DNA of 64,000 nucleotides from Escherichia coli (GTDB lineage Bacteria; Pseudomonadota; Gammaproteobacteria; Enterobacterales; Enterobacteriaceae): NCBI RefSeq assembly GCF_003991155.1, contig NZ_CP031295.1; one strand, 5' to 3'. Shown piece by piece: positions 1 to 10,799 of this stretch (position 1 is its first letter; each line of letters starts with the position of its first letter). The notes under the pieces were generated by a model. It saw only the letters and a program-made list of their open reading frames with translations, ran no database searches and was not told where the DNA came from. The position numbers and the translations under genes were made by a program.

Positions 1-341
1 TCAGAGGTTTGCTTGCAATAGCGCATGGCAAACGTAAAAATAAAATCAGCGCGTCGATGGTTAGTTTTTATGTTTCCCTCGTACAAGTAATGTGCGCACA
101 CTACATCCCTGATACGAACAAAGTTAACTTATCTGTTAAAGAGCTTTCAGTTTGTAGTGGAGGTTCATACACTCGTGTTTGGAGAGCCCTCAAAACTCTT
201 GATAATGATCTTCATCTCATCGCTTTTGATGGAGGAACCATCTGGTTCAGACCAGATATGTTCGAAACTTTACGTGTCGGCCCAGACGAGCTAGTTACCG
301 CCCGTAGGAGGGGGAATAGTGTTGGAGGGGGACATGGCTGA
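1..341 (+). CDS. 5'-partial ORF of unknown function; open to window edge, stops 8 nt inside repA1 (possible leader/coupling ORF)
   Basis: Open frame from position 1 (TTG at 9 is only the first start-like codon); stop overlaps repA1 ATG region; no family recognised. Confidence 0.2.
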   Translation, partial: RGLLAIAHGKRKNKISASMVSFYVSLVQVMCAHYIPDTNKVNLSVKELSVCSGGSYTRVWRALKTLDNDLHLIAFDGGTIWFRPDMFETLRVGPDELVTARRRGNSVGGGHG

Positions 342-1191
342 TCTCCTTCAAAAATACTATTCACAGGTTAAAAATCCGAATCCGGTGTTCACACCCCGTG
401 AAGGTGCCGGAACGCTGAAGTTCTGCGAAAAACTGATGGAAAAGGCGGTGGGCTTCACCTCCCGTTTTGATTTCGCCATTCATGTGGCACATGCCCGTTC
501 GAAGGGACTGCGTCGGCGCATGCCACCGGTACTGCGTCGCCGGGCTATTGATGCGCTGCTGCAGGGGCTGTGTTTTCACTATGACCCGCTGGCCAACCGC
601 GTCCAGTGCTCCATCACTACGCTGGCCATTGAGTGCGGACTGGCGACGGAGTCTGCTGCCGGAAAACTCTCCATCACCCGGGCCTCCCGAGCCTTGACGT
701 TCCTTGCAGAGCTGGGACTGATTACCTACCAGACGGAATATGATCCGCTTATCGGGTGCTACATTCCGACCGATATCACGTTCACACCGGCGTTATTTGC
801 CGCCCTTGATGTGTCTGAGGATGCAGTGGTTGCTGCGCGCCGCAGTCGTGTTGAATGGGAAAACAGACAGCGCAAAAAGCAGGGGCTGGATACCCTGGGT
901 ATGGATGAACTGATAGCGAAAGCCTGGCGTTTTGTGCGTGAGCGTTTCCGCAGTTACCAGACAGAGCTTAAGTCCCGTGGAATAAAGCGTGCCCGTGCGC
1001 GTCGTGATGCGAACAGGGAACGTCAGGATATCGTCACCCTGGTGAAACGGCAGCTGACGCGTGAAATCTCGGAAGGGCGCTTCACTGCCAATCGTGAGGC
1101 GGTAAAACGCGAAGTGGAGCGTCGTGTGAAAGAGCGCATGATTCTGTCACGTAACCGTAATTACAGCCGGCTGGCCACAGCTTCCCCCTGA
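334..1191 (+). CDS. repA1: IncFII-type replication initiation protein RepA1
   Basis: Translation ([23 protein letters not shown]...[13 protein letters not shown]) matches recalled RepFIIA RepA1 nearly full length; start chosen at ATG 334 (MADLLQ). Confidence 0.9.
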   Translation: MADLLQKYYSQVKNPNPVFTPREGAGTLKFCEKLMEKAVGFTSRFDFAIHVAHARSKGLRRRMPPVLRRRAIDALLQGLCFHYDPLANRVQCSITTLAIECGLATESAAGKLSITRASRALTFLAELGLITYQTEYDPLIGCYIPTDITFTPALFAALDVSEDAVVAARRSRVEWENRQRKKQGLDTLGMDELIAKAWRFVRERFRSYQTELKSRGIKRARARRDANRERQDIVTLVKRQLTREISEGRFTANREAVKREVERRVKERMILSRNRNYSRLATASP

Positions 1192-1349
1192 AAGTGACCT
1201 CTTCTGAATAATCCGGCCCGCACCGGAGGCATTCGCACGCCTGAAGCCTGCCAGCGAACAAAAAAGCAGCACCTCATACAAAAAACAACCTCATCATCCA
1301 CCTTCTGGTGCATCTGGCCCCCCCTGTTTTTGATACAAAACACGCCTCA

Positions 1350-1570
1350 CAGACGGGGAATTTTGCTTATCCACATTTAACTGCAATGGACTTCCCCATA
1401 AGGTTACAACCGTTCATGTCATAAAGCGCCAGGCGCCAGCCTTACAGGGTGCAATGTATCTTTTAAACACCTGTTTATATCTCCTTTAAACTACTTAATT
1501 ACATTCATTTAAAAAGAAAACCTATTCACTGCCTGTCCTGTGGACAGACAGATATGCACCTCCCACCGTA
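1350..1570. other. putative IncFII origin region (oriR-like) downstream of repA1
   Basis: AT-rich tract (CATTTAAAAAGAAAACC) about 200-350 bp after repA1 stop, the expected position of the FII origin; boundaries approximate. Confidence 0.3.
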
Positions 1571-2129
1571 AACGGCGGGCCCCAACCGGAGCCACTTTAG
1601 TTACAACACACAAAACCAACCTCCAGAAAAACCCCGAACCAGCGCAGAACTGAAACCACAAAGCCCCTCCCTCATAACTGAAAAGCGGCCCCGCCCCGGC
1701 CCTTCGGGCCGGAACAGAGTCGCTTTTAATTATGAATGTTGTAACTACATCTTCATCGCTGTCAGTCTTCTCGCTGGAAGTTCTCAGTACACGCTCGTAA
1801 GCGGCCCTCACGGCCCGCTAACGCGGAGATACGCCCCGACTTCGGGTAAACCCTCGTCGGGACCACTCCGACCGCGCACAGAAGCTCTCTCATGGCTGAA
1901 AGCGGGTATGGTCTGGCAGGGCTGGGGATGGGTAAGGTGAAATCTATCAATCAGTACCGGCTTACGCCGGGCTTCGGCGGTTTTACTCCTGTATCATATG
2001 AAACAACAGAGTGCCGCCTTCCATGCCGCTGATGCGGCATATCCTGGTAACGATATCTGAATTGTTATACATGTGTATATACGTGGTAATGACAAAAATA
2101 GGACAAGTTAAAAATTTACAGGCGATGCA

Positions 2130-2780
2130 ATGATTCAAACACGTAATCAATATCTGCAGTTTATGCTGGTTATGCTGGCTGCATGGGGCATTAGTTGGGG
2201 AGCCAGATTTGTCATGGAGCAGGCCGTTCTGCTTTATGGATCAGGAAAAAACTATTTGTTCTTCAGTCATGGTACTGTTCTGATGTACCTGCTGTGTGTT
2301 TTCCTGGTATACCGCCGTTGGATAGCTCCGCTACCGGTCGTTGGTCAGCTGCGCAACGTTGGCGTACCGTGGCTGGTCGGTGCGATGGCCGTGGTGTATG
2401 TCGGTGTATTTCTGCTCGGTAAGGCGCTGGCTCTGCCTGCTGAGCCATTTATGACGAAACTTTTTGCCGATAAGTCCATACCTGACGTGATCCTGACGTT
2501 GCTGACCATCTTTATCCTTGCCCCGTTGAATGAGGAAACGCTGTTCCGGGGGATTATGCTGAACGTCTTCCGTTCACGGTACTGCTGGACGATGTGGCTG
2601 GGGGCGCTGATAACGTCGTTGTTGTTCGTCGCCGCGCACAGCCAGTATCAGAACCTGCTGACACTGGCAGAACTGTTCGGTGGGTTGATTACATCAGTGG
2701 CCAGGATCAGAAGTGGTGGCCTGCTGCTGCCGGTATTGCTGCATATGGAAGCAACCACGCTGGGTTTACTGTTTGGTTGA
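2130..2780 (+). CDS. CPBP family intramembrane metalloprotease (CAAX protease-like)
   Basis: Multi-TM protein with EETLFRG motif and downstream His motifs typical of Abi/CPBP proteases. Confidence 0.7.
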   Translation: MIQTRNQYLQFMLVMLAAWGISWGARFVMEQAVLLYGSGKNYLFFSHGTVLMYLLCVFLVYRRWIAPLPVVGQLRNVGVPWLVGAMAVVYVGVFLLGKALALPAEPFMTKLFADKSIPDVILTLLTIFILAPLNEETLFRGIMLNVFRSRYCWTMWLGALITSLLFVAAHSQYQNLLTLAELFGGLITSVARIRSGGLLLPVLLHMEATTLGLLFG

Positions 2781-2872
2781 AAGTTATATTTTTATTAAAC
2801 ATTGTGCGTTAAAGCCTGGTGTGTTTTTTTAGTGGATGTTATATTTAAATATAACTTTTATGGAGGTGAAGA

Positions 2873-3130
2873 ATGCATACCACCCGACTGAAGAGGGTTG
2901 GCGGCTCAGTTATGCTGACCGTCCCACCGGCACTGCTGAATGCGCTGTCTCTGGGCACAGATAATGAAGTTGGCATGGTCATTGATAATGGCCGGCTGAT
3001 TGTTGAGCCGTACAGACGCCCGCAATATTCACTGGCTGAGCTACTGGCACAGTGTGATCCGAATGCTGAAATATCAGCTGAAGAACGAGAATGGCTGGAT
3101 GCACCGGCGACTGGTCAGGAGGAAATCTGA
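2873..3130 (+). CDS. pemI: PemI antitoxin (MazE-like)
   Basis: 85 aa; sequence MHTTRLKRVGGSVMLTVPPALLNALSLG matches recalled PemI; directly upstream of pemK. Confidence 0.9.
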   Translation: MHTTRLKRVGGSVMLTVPPALLNALSLGTDNEVGMVIDNGRLIVEPYRRPQYSLAELLAQCDPNAEISAEEREWLDAPATGQEEI

Positions 3131-3131
3131 C

Positions 3132-3464
3132 ATGGAAAGAGGGGAAATCTGGCTTGTCTCGCTTGATCCTACCGCAGGTCATGAGCAGCAGGGAACGCGG
3201 CCGGTGCTGATTGTCACACCGGCGGCCTTTAATCGCGTGACCCGCCTGCCTGTTGTTGTGCCCGTAACCAGCGGAGGCAATTTTGCCCGCACTGCCGGCT
3301 TTGCGGTGTCGTTGGATGGTGTTGGCATACGTACCACAGGTGTTGTACGTTGCGATCAACCCCGGACAATTGATATGAAAGCACGGGGCGGAAAACGACT
3401 CGAACGGGTTCCGGAGACTATCATGAACGAAGTTCTTGGCCGCCTGTCCACTATTCTGACTTGA
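3132..3464 (+). CDS. pemK: PemK toxin (Kid-like mRNA interferase)
   Basis: MERGEIWLVSLDPTAGHEQQGTRPVLIVTP matches PemK/Kid; ATG 2 nt after pemI stop. Confidence 0.9.
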   Translation: MERGEIWLVSLDPTAGHEQQGTRPVLIVTPAAFNRVTRLPVVVPVTSGGNFARTAGFAVSLDGVGIRTTGVVRCDQPRTIDMKARGGKRLERVPETIMNEVLGRLSTILT

Positions 3465-3479
3465 ACATGGGGTTTGAGG

Positions 3480-3612
3480 GGCAACTGGATGAAAACGTAC
3501 GATTTAGGGCACTAAAACCGCTGTTGTCCCACCATTCTGGTGATTCCCAAACGTTATTTGGCTAAAAAGTAGTTTTGATGTGGTTTATTTTCCGAATTCC
3601 AAGCGCAGCCCT
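3480..3612. repeat. Tn3-family-IR-like miniature element (TIME-like), inverted partner at 34524-34680
   Basis: Ends resemble 38-bp Tn21/Tn1721-type IRs (GGG...GAATTCGGAAAATAAACCAC); about 85% identical to reverse complement of 34537-34680. Confidence 0.4.
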
Positions 3613-3657
3613 ACTTTCTTGTGCGTATTTGCGTGTTTTGCGCAGTTTTGAAGTTCC

Positions 3658-4130
3658 GGTGATGCTGCCAACTTACTGATTTAGTGTATGATGGTGTTTT
3701 TGAGGTGCTCCAGTGGCTTCTGTTTCTATCAGCTGTCCCTCCTGTTCAGCTACTGACGGGGTGGTGCGTAACGGCAAAAGCACCGCCGGACATCAGCGCT
3801 ATCTCTGCTCTCACTGCCGTAAAACATGGCAACTGCAGTTCACTTACACCGCTTCTCAACCCGGTACGCACCAGAAAATCATTGATATGGCCATGAATGG
3901 CGTTGGATGCCGGGCAACCGCCCGCATTATGGGCGTTGGCCTCAACACGATTTTCCGCCATTTAAAAAACTCAGGCCGCAGTCGGTAACCTCGCGCATAC
4001 AGCCGGGCAGTGACGTCATCGTCTGCGCGGAAATGGACGAACAGTGGGGATACGTCGGGGCTAAATCGCGCCAGCGCTGGCTGTTTTACGCGTATGACAG
4101 GCTCCGGAAGACGGTTGTTGCGCACGTATT
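3658..4130 (+). mobile_element. IS1, 3'-truncated copy
   Basis: Starts with IS1 IR GGTGATGCTGCCAACTTACTGAT; insA intact, insB cut after ...VVAHV where a Tn3 IR begins. Confidence 0.85.
3713..3988 (+). CDS. insA: IS1 InsA
   Basis: 91 aa [40 protein letters not shown] = IS1 InsA. Confidence 0.85.
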   Translation: MASVSISCPSCSATDGVVRNGKSTAGHQRYLCSHCRKTWQLQFTYTASQPGTHQKIIDMAMNGVGCRATARIMGVGLNTIFRHLKNSGRSR

Positions 4131-4168
4131 GGGGTCTGACGCTCAGTGGAACGAAAACTCACGTTAAG
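4131..4168. repeat. Tn2/Tn3 38-bp terminal inverted repeat
   Basis: GGGGTCTGACGCTCAGTGGAACGAAAACTCACGTTAAG. Confidence 0.85.
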
Positions 4169-4722
4169 CAACGTTTTCTGCCTCTGACGCCTCTTTTAAT
4201 GGTCTCAGATGTCCTTTGGTCACCAGTTCTGCCAGCGTGAAGGAATAATGGCCGAGCATATTGATATGTCCGTGGCAAAGCGGGGAGAGGCGTGCGATAT
4301 CTTCATCATTCAGTGTTTCACCCTGCGCCCGGAGATGATCCAGGGCTGCCTGCATATAAATAGTGTTCCATAACACGACGGCGTTAGTGACCAGCCCCAG
4401 TGCGCCCAGTTGATCTTCCTGACCGTCGGTATATCGTTTTCTTATCTCACCTTTTTGACCGTGACAGATGGCTCTGGCAACGGCATGGCGACTTTCTCCC
4501 CGATTAAGCTGGGTCAGAATGCGCCGGCGGTAATCTTCATCATCAATATAATTAAGCAGATACAGCGTTTTGTTGATGCGCCCCACTTCAATGATTGCCT
4601 GAGTCAGTCCGGAAGGACGTTCACTTTTCAGCAATGAACGGACCAGCACTGAAGCCTGTACTTTGCCCAGCTTCAGGGAGCCAGCGGTCCGGATCATTTC
4701 GTCCCACTGAAGGACTATTTTT
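4164..4722 (-). pseudogene. tnpA: Tn2/Tn3-like transposase tnpA, 3' fragment (5' removed by IS26)
   Basis: C-terminal Tn3 TnpA-like translation ending at the Tn3 IR; N-terminal part replaced by IS26 end sequence. Confidence 0.75.
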
Positions 4723-5542
4723 GGCACTGTTGCAAAGTTAGCGATGAGGCAGCCTTTTGTCTTATTCAAAGGCCTTACATTTCAAAAACTCTGCTTACCA
4801 GGCGCATTTCGCCCAGGGGATCACCATAATAAAATGCTGAGGCCTGGCCTTTGCGTAGTGCACGCATCACCTCAATACCTTTGATGGTGGCGTAAGCCGT
4901 CTTCATGGATTTAAATCCCAGCGTGGCGCCGATTATCCGTTTCAGTTTGCCATGATCGCATTCAATCACGTTGTTCCGGTACTTAATCTGTCGGTGTTCA
5001 ACGTCAGACGGGCACCGGCCTTCGCGTTTGAGCAGAGCAAGCGCGCGACCATAGGCGGGCGCTTTATCCGTGTTGATGAATCGCGGGATCTGCCACTTCT
5101 TCACGTTGTTGAGGATTTTACCCAGAAACCGGTATGCAGCTTTGCTGTTACGACGGGAGGAGAGATAAAAATCGACAGTGCGGCCCCGGCTGTCGACGGC
5201 CCGGTACAGATACGCCCAGCGGCCATTGACCTTCACGTAGGTTTCATCCATGTGCCACGGGCAAAGATCGGAAGGGTTACGCCAGTACCAGCGCAGCCGT
5301 TTTTCCATTTCAGGCGCATAACGCTGAACCCAGCGGTAAATCGTGGAGTGATCGACATTCACTCCGCGTTCAGCCAGCATCTCCTGCAGCTCACGGTAAC
5401 TGATGCCGTATTTGCAGTACCAGCGTACGGCCCACAGAATGATGTCACGCTGAAAATGCCGGCCTTTGAATGGGTTCATGTGCAGCTCCATCAGCAAAAG
5501 GGGATGATAAGTTTATCACCACCGACTATTTGCAACAGTGCC
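4723..5542 (-). mobile_element. IS26 (copy 1, 820 bp)
   Basis: Bounded by 14-bp IRs GGCACTGTTGCAAA / TTTGCAACAGTGCC; intact 234-aa Tnp26. Confidence 0.95.
4775..5479 (-). CDS. tnp26: IS26 transposase Tnp26
   Basis: [34 protein letters not shown]...; IS6 family DDE transposase. Confidence 0.95.
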
Positions 5543-7043
5543 ACTTCGACGACTACCTGCTGCCGGCCGAGAAGTTCGCCGCACTCAAGCGCGAGCAGGC
5601 CCTGCCCCTGGCGATCAACCCGAACAGCGACCAGTACCTGGAAGAGCGTTTGCAGCTGCTGGACGAGCAGTTGGCCACCGTCACCCGCCTGGCCAAGGAC
5701 AACGAGCTGCCCGATGCCATCCTCACCGAGTCAGGGCTGAAAATCACCCCGCTGGATGCGGCGGTGCCGGATCGGGCGCAGGCGCTGATCGACCAAACCA
5801 GCCAGTTACTGCCGCGCATCAAGATCACCGAACTGCTGATGGACGTGGACGACTGGACGGGCTTCAGCCGCCACTTCACCCACTTGAAGGACGGGGCCGA
5901 GGCCAAAGACAGGACGTTGCTGCTGTCCGCAATCCTCGGTGATGCGATCAACCTCGGGCTGACCAAGATGGCCGAGTCGAGCCCCGGCCTGACCTACGCC
6001 AAGCTGTCCTGGCTGCAAGCCTGGCACATCCGCGACGAAACCTATTCGGCGGCCTTGGCCGAGCTGGTCAACCACCAGTATCGCCACGCCTTTGCCGCCC
6101 ACTGGGGCGACGGCACGACCTCATCCTCCGATGGCCAGCGCTTCCGCGCGGGTGGCCGGGGCGAGAGCACCGGGCACGTCAACCAAGTACGGTAGCGAGC
6201 GGGACGGCTGTTCTATACCCATATCTCCGACCAGTACGCGCCGTTCAGCACCCGCGTGGTGAATGTCGGCGTCCGCGATTCCACCTATGTGCTCGACGGC
6301 CTGCTGTACCACGAGTCCGACCTGCGGATCGAGGCACTACACCGACACGGCCGGCTTCACCGATCACGTCTTTGCCCTGATGCACCTGCTAGGCTTCCGC
6401 TTCGCGCCGCGCATCCGCGACCTCGGCGAAACCAAGCTGTACGTGCCGCAGGGCGTGCAAGCTACCCGACGTTGCGCCCGCTGATCGGCGGCACCCTGAA
6501 CATCAAGCACGTGCGTGCCCACTGGGACGACATCCTGCGCGGCCAGCTCGATCAAGCAGGGCACCGTCACCGCCTCGCTGATGCTGCGCAAGCTCGGCAG
6601 CTACCCGCGCCAGAACGGACTGGCCGTGGCCCTGCGCGAGCTGGGCCGGATCGAGCGCACGCTGTTCATCCTGGACTGGCTGCAAAGTGTTGAACTGCGC
6701 CGCCGCGTGCATGCCGGCCTGAACAAAGGTGAGGCGCGCAACTCGCTGGCGAGGCGGTGTTCTTCAACCGCCTTGGGGAAATCAGGATCGGAGCTTCGAG
6801 CAGCAGCGCTACGGCCAGCGGCCTCAACACGGTGACGGCGGCTATCGTGCTGTGGAACACGGGTACACGGAACGCCACCCGGGGTTGGTCGAGGCCGGCA
6901 AGCCGGTGGACGGCGAGCTGCTGCAATTCCTGTCGCCGCTGGGCTGGGAGCACATCAACCTAACCGGCGATTACGTCTGGCGGCAGAGCCGCAGACTGGA
7001 AGACGGGAAGTTTCGGCCCTTACGGATGCCCGGAAAACCTTAG
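5543..7043 (+). pseudogene. tnpA: Tn1721 transposase tnpA, 3' portion (5'-truncated by IS26, several frameshifts)
   Basis: Tn3-family TnpA C-terminal translation split over three frames; ends ...[20 protein letters not shown] next to Tn1721 IR. Confidence 0.8.
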
Positions 7044-7077
7044 CGTACGATTTTTTCCGAATTCTGCGGGCTCCCCT
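7040..7077. repeat. Tn1721 38-bp inverted repeat
   Basis: Reverse complement of GGGGAGCCCGCAGAATTCGGAAAAAATCGTACGCTAAG. Confidence 0.85.
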
Positions 7078-7374
7078 ATCTCATCTGCGCAAGGCAGAAC
7101 GTGAAGACGGCCGCCCTGGACCTCGCCCGCGAGCGCCAGGCGCACGAGGCCGGCGCGCGGACCCGCGCCACGGCCCACGAGCGGACGCCGCAGCAGGAGC
7201 GCCAGAAGGCCGCCAGAGAGGCCGAGCGCGGCCGTGAGGCTTGGACGCTAGGGCAGGGCATGAAAAAGCCCGTAGCGGGCTGCTACGGGCGTCTGACGCG
7301 GTGGAAAGGGGGAGGGGATGTTGTCTACATGGCTCTGCTGTAGTGAGTGGGTTGCGCTCCGGCAGCGGTCCTGA

Positions 7375-8025
7375 TCAATCGTCACCCTTTCTCGGTCCTT
7401 CAACGTTCCTGACAACGAGCCTCCTTTTCGCCAATCCATCGACAATCACCGCGAGTCCCTGCTCGAACGCTGCGTCCGGATCGGCTTCGTCGAAGGCGTC
7501 TATCGCGGCCCGCAACAGCGGCGAGAGCGGAGCCTGTTCAACGGTGCCGCCGCGCTCGCCGGCATCGCTGTCGCCGGCCTGCTCCTCAAGCACGGCCCCA
7601 ACAGTGAAGTAGCTGATTGTCATCAGCGCATTGACGGCGTCCCCGGCCGAAAAACCCGCCTCGCAGAGGAAGCGAAGCTGCGCGTCGGCCGTTTCCATCT
7701 GCGGTGCGCCCGGTCGCGTGCCGGCATGGATGCGCGCGCCATCGCGGTAGGCGAGCAGCGCCTGCCTGAAGCTGCGGGCATTCCCGATCAGAAATGAGCG
7801 CCAGTCGTCGTCGGCTCTCGGCACCGAATGCGTATGATTCTCCGCCAGCATGGCTTCGGCCAGTGCGTCGAGCAGCGCCCGCTTGTTCCTGAAGTGCCAG
7901 TAAAGCGCCGGCTGCTGAACCCCCAACCGTTCCGCCAGTTTGCGTGTCGTCAGACCGTCTACGCCGACCTCGTTCAACAGGTCCAGGGCGGCACGGATCA
8001 CTGTATTCGGCTGCAACTTTGTCAT
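7375..8025 (-). CDS. tetR(A): Tetracycline repressor TetR(A)
   Basis: MTKLQPNTVIRAALDLLNEVGVDGLTTRKLAERLGVQQPALYWHF...; 216 aa. Confidence 0.95.
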   Translation of the reverse strand: MTKLQPNTVIRAALDLLNEVGVDGLTTRKLAERLGVQQPALYWHFRNKRALLDALAEAMLAENHTHSVPRADDDWRSFLIGNARSFRQALLAYRDGARIHAGTRPGAPQMETADAQLRFLCEAGFSAGDAVNALMTISYFTVGAVLEEQAGDSDAGERGGTVEQAPLSPLLRAAIDAFDEADPDAAFEQGLAVIVDGLAKRRLVVRNVEGPRKGDD

Positions 8026-8030
8026 GCTTG

Positions 8031-8090
8031 ACACTTTATCACTGATAAACATAATATGTCCACCAACTTATCAGTGATAAAGAATCCGCG
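8031..8090. promoter_or_regulatory. tet operator/promoter region (tetO palindromes)
   Basis: Two palindromes ACTTTATCACTGATAAACA and CAACTTATCAGTGATAAAGA between divergent tetR and tetA. Confidence 0.8.
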
Positions 8091-8130
8091 CGTTCAATCG
8101 GACCAGCGGAGGCTGGTCCGGAGGCCAGAC

Positions 8131-9330
8131 GTGAAACCCAACAGACCCCTGATCGTAATTCTGAGCACTGTCGCGCTCGACGCTGTCGGCATCGGCCTGA
8201 TTATGCCGGTGCTGCCGGGCCTCCTGCGCGATCTGGTTCACTCGAACGACGTCACCGCCCACTATGGCATTCTGCTGGCGCTGTATGCGTTGATGCAATT
8301 TGCCTGCGCACCTGTGCTGGGCGCGCTGTCGGATCGTTTCGGGCGGCGGCCGGTCTTGCTCGTCTCGCTGGCCGGCGCTGCTGTCGACTACGCCATCATG
8401 GCGACGACGCCTTTCCTTTGGGTTCTCTATATCGGGCGGATCGTGGCCGGCATCACCGGGGCGACTGGGGCGGTAGCCGGCGCTTATATTGCCGATATCA
8501 CTGATGGCGATGAGCGCGCGCGGCACTTCGGCTTCATGAGCGCCTGTTTCGGGTTCGGGATGGTCGCGGGACCTGTGCTCGGTGGGCTGATGGGCGGTTT
8601 CTCCCCCCACGCTCCGTTCTTCGCCGCGGCAGCCTTGAACGGCCTCAATTTCCTGACGGGCTGTTTCCTTTTGCCGGAGTCGCACAAAGGCGAACGCCGG
8701 CCGTTACGCCGGGAGGCTCTCAACCCGCTCGCTTCGTTCCGGTGGGCCCGGGGCATGACCGTCGTCGCCGCCCTGATGGCGGTCTTCTTCATCATGCAAC
8801 TTGTCGGACAGGTGCCGGCCGCGCTTTGGGTCATTTTCGGCGAGGATCGCTTTCACTGGGACGCGACCACGATCGGCATTTCGCTTGCCGCATTTGGCAT
8901 TCTGCATTCACTCGCCCAGGCAATGATCACCGGCCCTGTAGCCGCCCGGCTCGGCGAAAGGCGGGCACTCATGCTCGGAATGATTGCCGACGGCACAGGC
9001 TACATCCTGCTTGCCTTCGCGACACGGGGATGGATGGCGTTCCCGATCATGGTCCTGCTTGCTTCGGGTGGCATCGGAATGCCGGCGCTGCAAGCAATGT
9101 TGTCCAGGCAGGTGGATGAGGAACGTCAGGGGCAGCTGCAAGGCTCACTGGCGGCGCTCACCAGCCTGACCTCGATCGTCGGACCCCTCCTCTTCACGGC
9201 GATCTATGCGGCTTCTATAACAACGTGGAACGGGTGGGCATGGATTGCAGGCGCTGCCCTCTACTTGCTCTGCCTGCCGGCGCTGCGTCGCGGGCTTTGG
9301 AGCGGCGCAGGGCAACGAGCCGATCGCTGA
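8131..9330 (+). CDS. tetA(A): Tetracycline efflux MFS transporter TetA(A)
   Basis: GTG start; (M)KPNRPLIVILSTVALDAVGIGLIMPVLPGLLRDL... 399 aa matches class A TetA. Confidence 0.95.
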   Translation: MKPNRPLIVILSTVALDAVGIGLIMPVLPGLLRDLVHSNDVTAHYGILLALYALMQFACAPVLGALSDRFGRRPVLLVSLAGAAVDYAIMATTPFLWVLYIGRIVAGITGATGAVAGAYIADITDGDERARHFGFMSACFGFGMVAGPVLGGLMGGFSPHAPFFAAAALNGLNFLTGCFLLPESHKGERRPLRREALNPLASFRWARGMTVVAALMAVFFIMQLVGQVPAALWVIFGEDRFHWDATTIGISLAAFGILHSLAQAMITGPVAARLGERRALMLGMIADGTGYILLAFATRGWMAFPIMVLLASGGIGMPALQAMLSRQVDEERQGQLQGSLAALTSLTSIVGPLLFTAIYAASITTWNGWAWIAGAALYLLCLPALRRGLWSGAGQRADR

Positions 9331-9361
9331 TCGTGGAAACGATAGGCCTATGCCATGCGGG

Positions 9362-10245
9362 TCAAGGCGACTTCCGGCAAGCTATACGCGCCCTAGGAGT
9401 GCGGTTGGAACGTTGGCCCAGCCAGATACTCCCGATCACGAGCAGGACGCCGATGATTTGAAGCGCACTCAGCGTCTGATCAAGAACAACCATCCTAGCA
9501 ACACGGCGGTCCCCGGGCTGAGAAAGCCCAGTAAGGAAACAACTGTAGGTTCGAGTCGCGAGATCCCCCGGAACCAAAGGAAGTAGGTTAAACCCGCTCC
9601 GATCAGGCCGAGCCACGCCAGGCCGAGAACATTGGTTCCTGTAGGCATCGGGATTGGCGGATCAAACACTAAAGCTACTGGAACGAGCAGAAGTCCTCCG
9701 GCCGCCAGTTGCCAGGCGGTAAAGGTGAGCAGAGGCACGGGAGGTTGCCACTTGCGGGTCAGCACGGTTCCGAACGCCATGGAAACCGCCCCCGCCAGGC
9801 CCGCTGCGACGCCGACAGGATCTAGCGCTGCGTTTGGTGTCAACACCAACAGCGCCACGCCCGCAGTTCCGCAAATAGCCCCCAGGACCGCCATCAATCG
9901 TATCGGGCTACCTAGCAGAGCGGCAGAGATGAACACGACCATCAGCGGCTGCACAGCGCCTACCGTCGCCGCGACCCCGCCCGGCAGGCGGTAGACCGAA
10001 ATAAACAACAAGCTCCAGAATAGCGAAATATTAAGTGCGCCGAGGATGAAGATGCGCATCCACCAGATTCCCGTTGGAATCTGTCGGACGATCATCACGA
10101 GCAATAAACCCGCCGGCAACGCCCGCAGCATCGCGACCGTCATCGGTGAGAAGTTCGGCAGGTATTGGGTGGTGACAATGTAGGTGCTGCCCCAAATGGC
10201 AGGTGCTATCGCTGTGAACAATAAATCGGGCGTGCGTAATGACAT
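9362..10245 (-). pseudogene. pecM: pecM (EamA/DMT family transporter), apparently frameshifted
   Basis: N-terminal 258 aa (9469-10245) and C-terminal tail (9362-9616) lie in different frames. Confidence 0.6.
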
Positions 10246-10382
10246 GCGATTACAAGACCTCCGCTACGGCGATGGGTTTTTGAGAGTTGCAGGCGCCGCG
10301 ATGACCGCACCCTGACTTGGACTGGCCCTGCCTCGCACCAATCCACCTGCGGCTATGGCCGCGATCATGCGAGGCCCGAAAA

Positions 10383-10690
10383 TTACACGACCTGTACACG
10401 TCCGCCGAACCCGGAACGCAACAGAGCTTCGTGGGCATCCCGATCCGGGTCGTAGCAGCAGTCCTGGACCAAACGCACGTCGTAGTCCGCATCACTAGCC
10501 CAGGCGACGCTTGAAAGAACAACGCCGGTGGTGCTTATCCCGGCCATGACAAGCGTGCTTACGCCGCGCGTCCGAAGGTCGGCGTCGAGCGCCGTGCCAT
10601 AAAAGACGCTGGCTCGCGGACATGCATAGAAAAGGTCGCCCCGTTCGATCGCAAGCCCTTCGACGGGCAGACCGGTGCGAAATCGTCCGC
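10383..10690 (-). pseudogene. isochorismatase-family hydrolase, 3' fragment
   Basis: C-terminal motif GISTTGVVLSSVAWASDADYDVRLVQD typical of cysteine hydrolase/isochorismatase fold; upstream part not coherent. Confidence 0.35.
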
Positions 10691-10799
10691 TCGGGAGATA
10701 CGGTGAGATTTGGCGATTCGTCGCCGGCGGCGCATGTTCATACTCTTCGCCGAGCGAAAAGTTGGGGAACAGCACGGGCCGGCCGCGCAAGGCGTGCTG

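Noticed and set aside
5538-6712. Multiple overlapping ORFs on both strands (e.g. 5538-5942, 5553-5966, 5806-6102, 6503-6712)
   Set aside because: They lie inside the GC-rich Tn1721 tnpA pseudogene; high GC suppresses stop codons, and translations are low-complexity Ala/Arg/Gly/Pro-rich.
7101-7343. 80-aa ORF between the Tn1721 IR and tetR(A)
   Set aside because: Low-complexity Ala/Arg/Glu-rich translation in GC-rich DNA; likely a remnant of IncP-derived sequence rather than a functional gene.
8071-9169. Antisense and alternative-frame ORFs inside tetA(A) (8071-8685, 8484-8834, 8742-9119, 8984-9169)
   Set aside because: Fully embedded in the well-supported tetA(A) reading frame; GC-rich frame artefacts.
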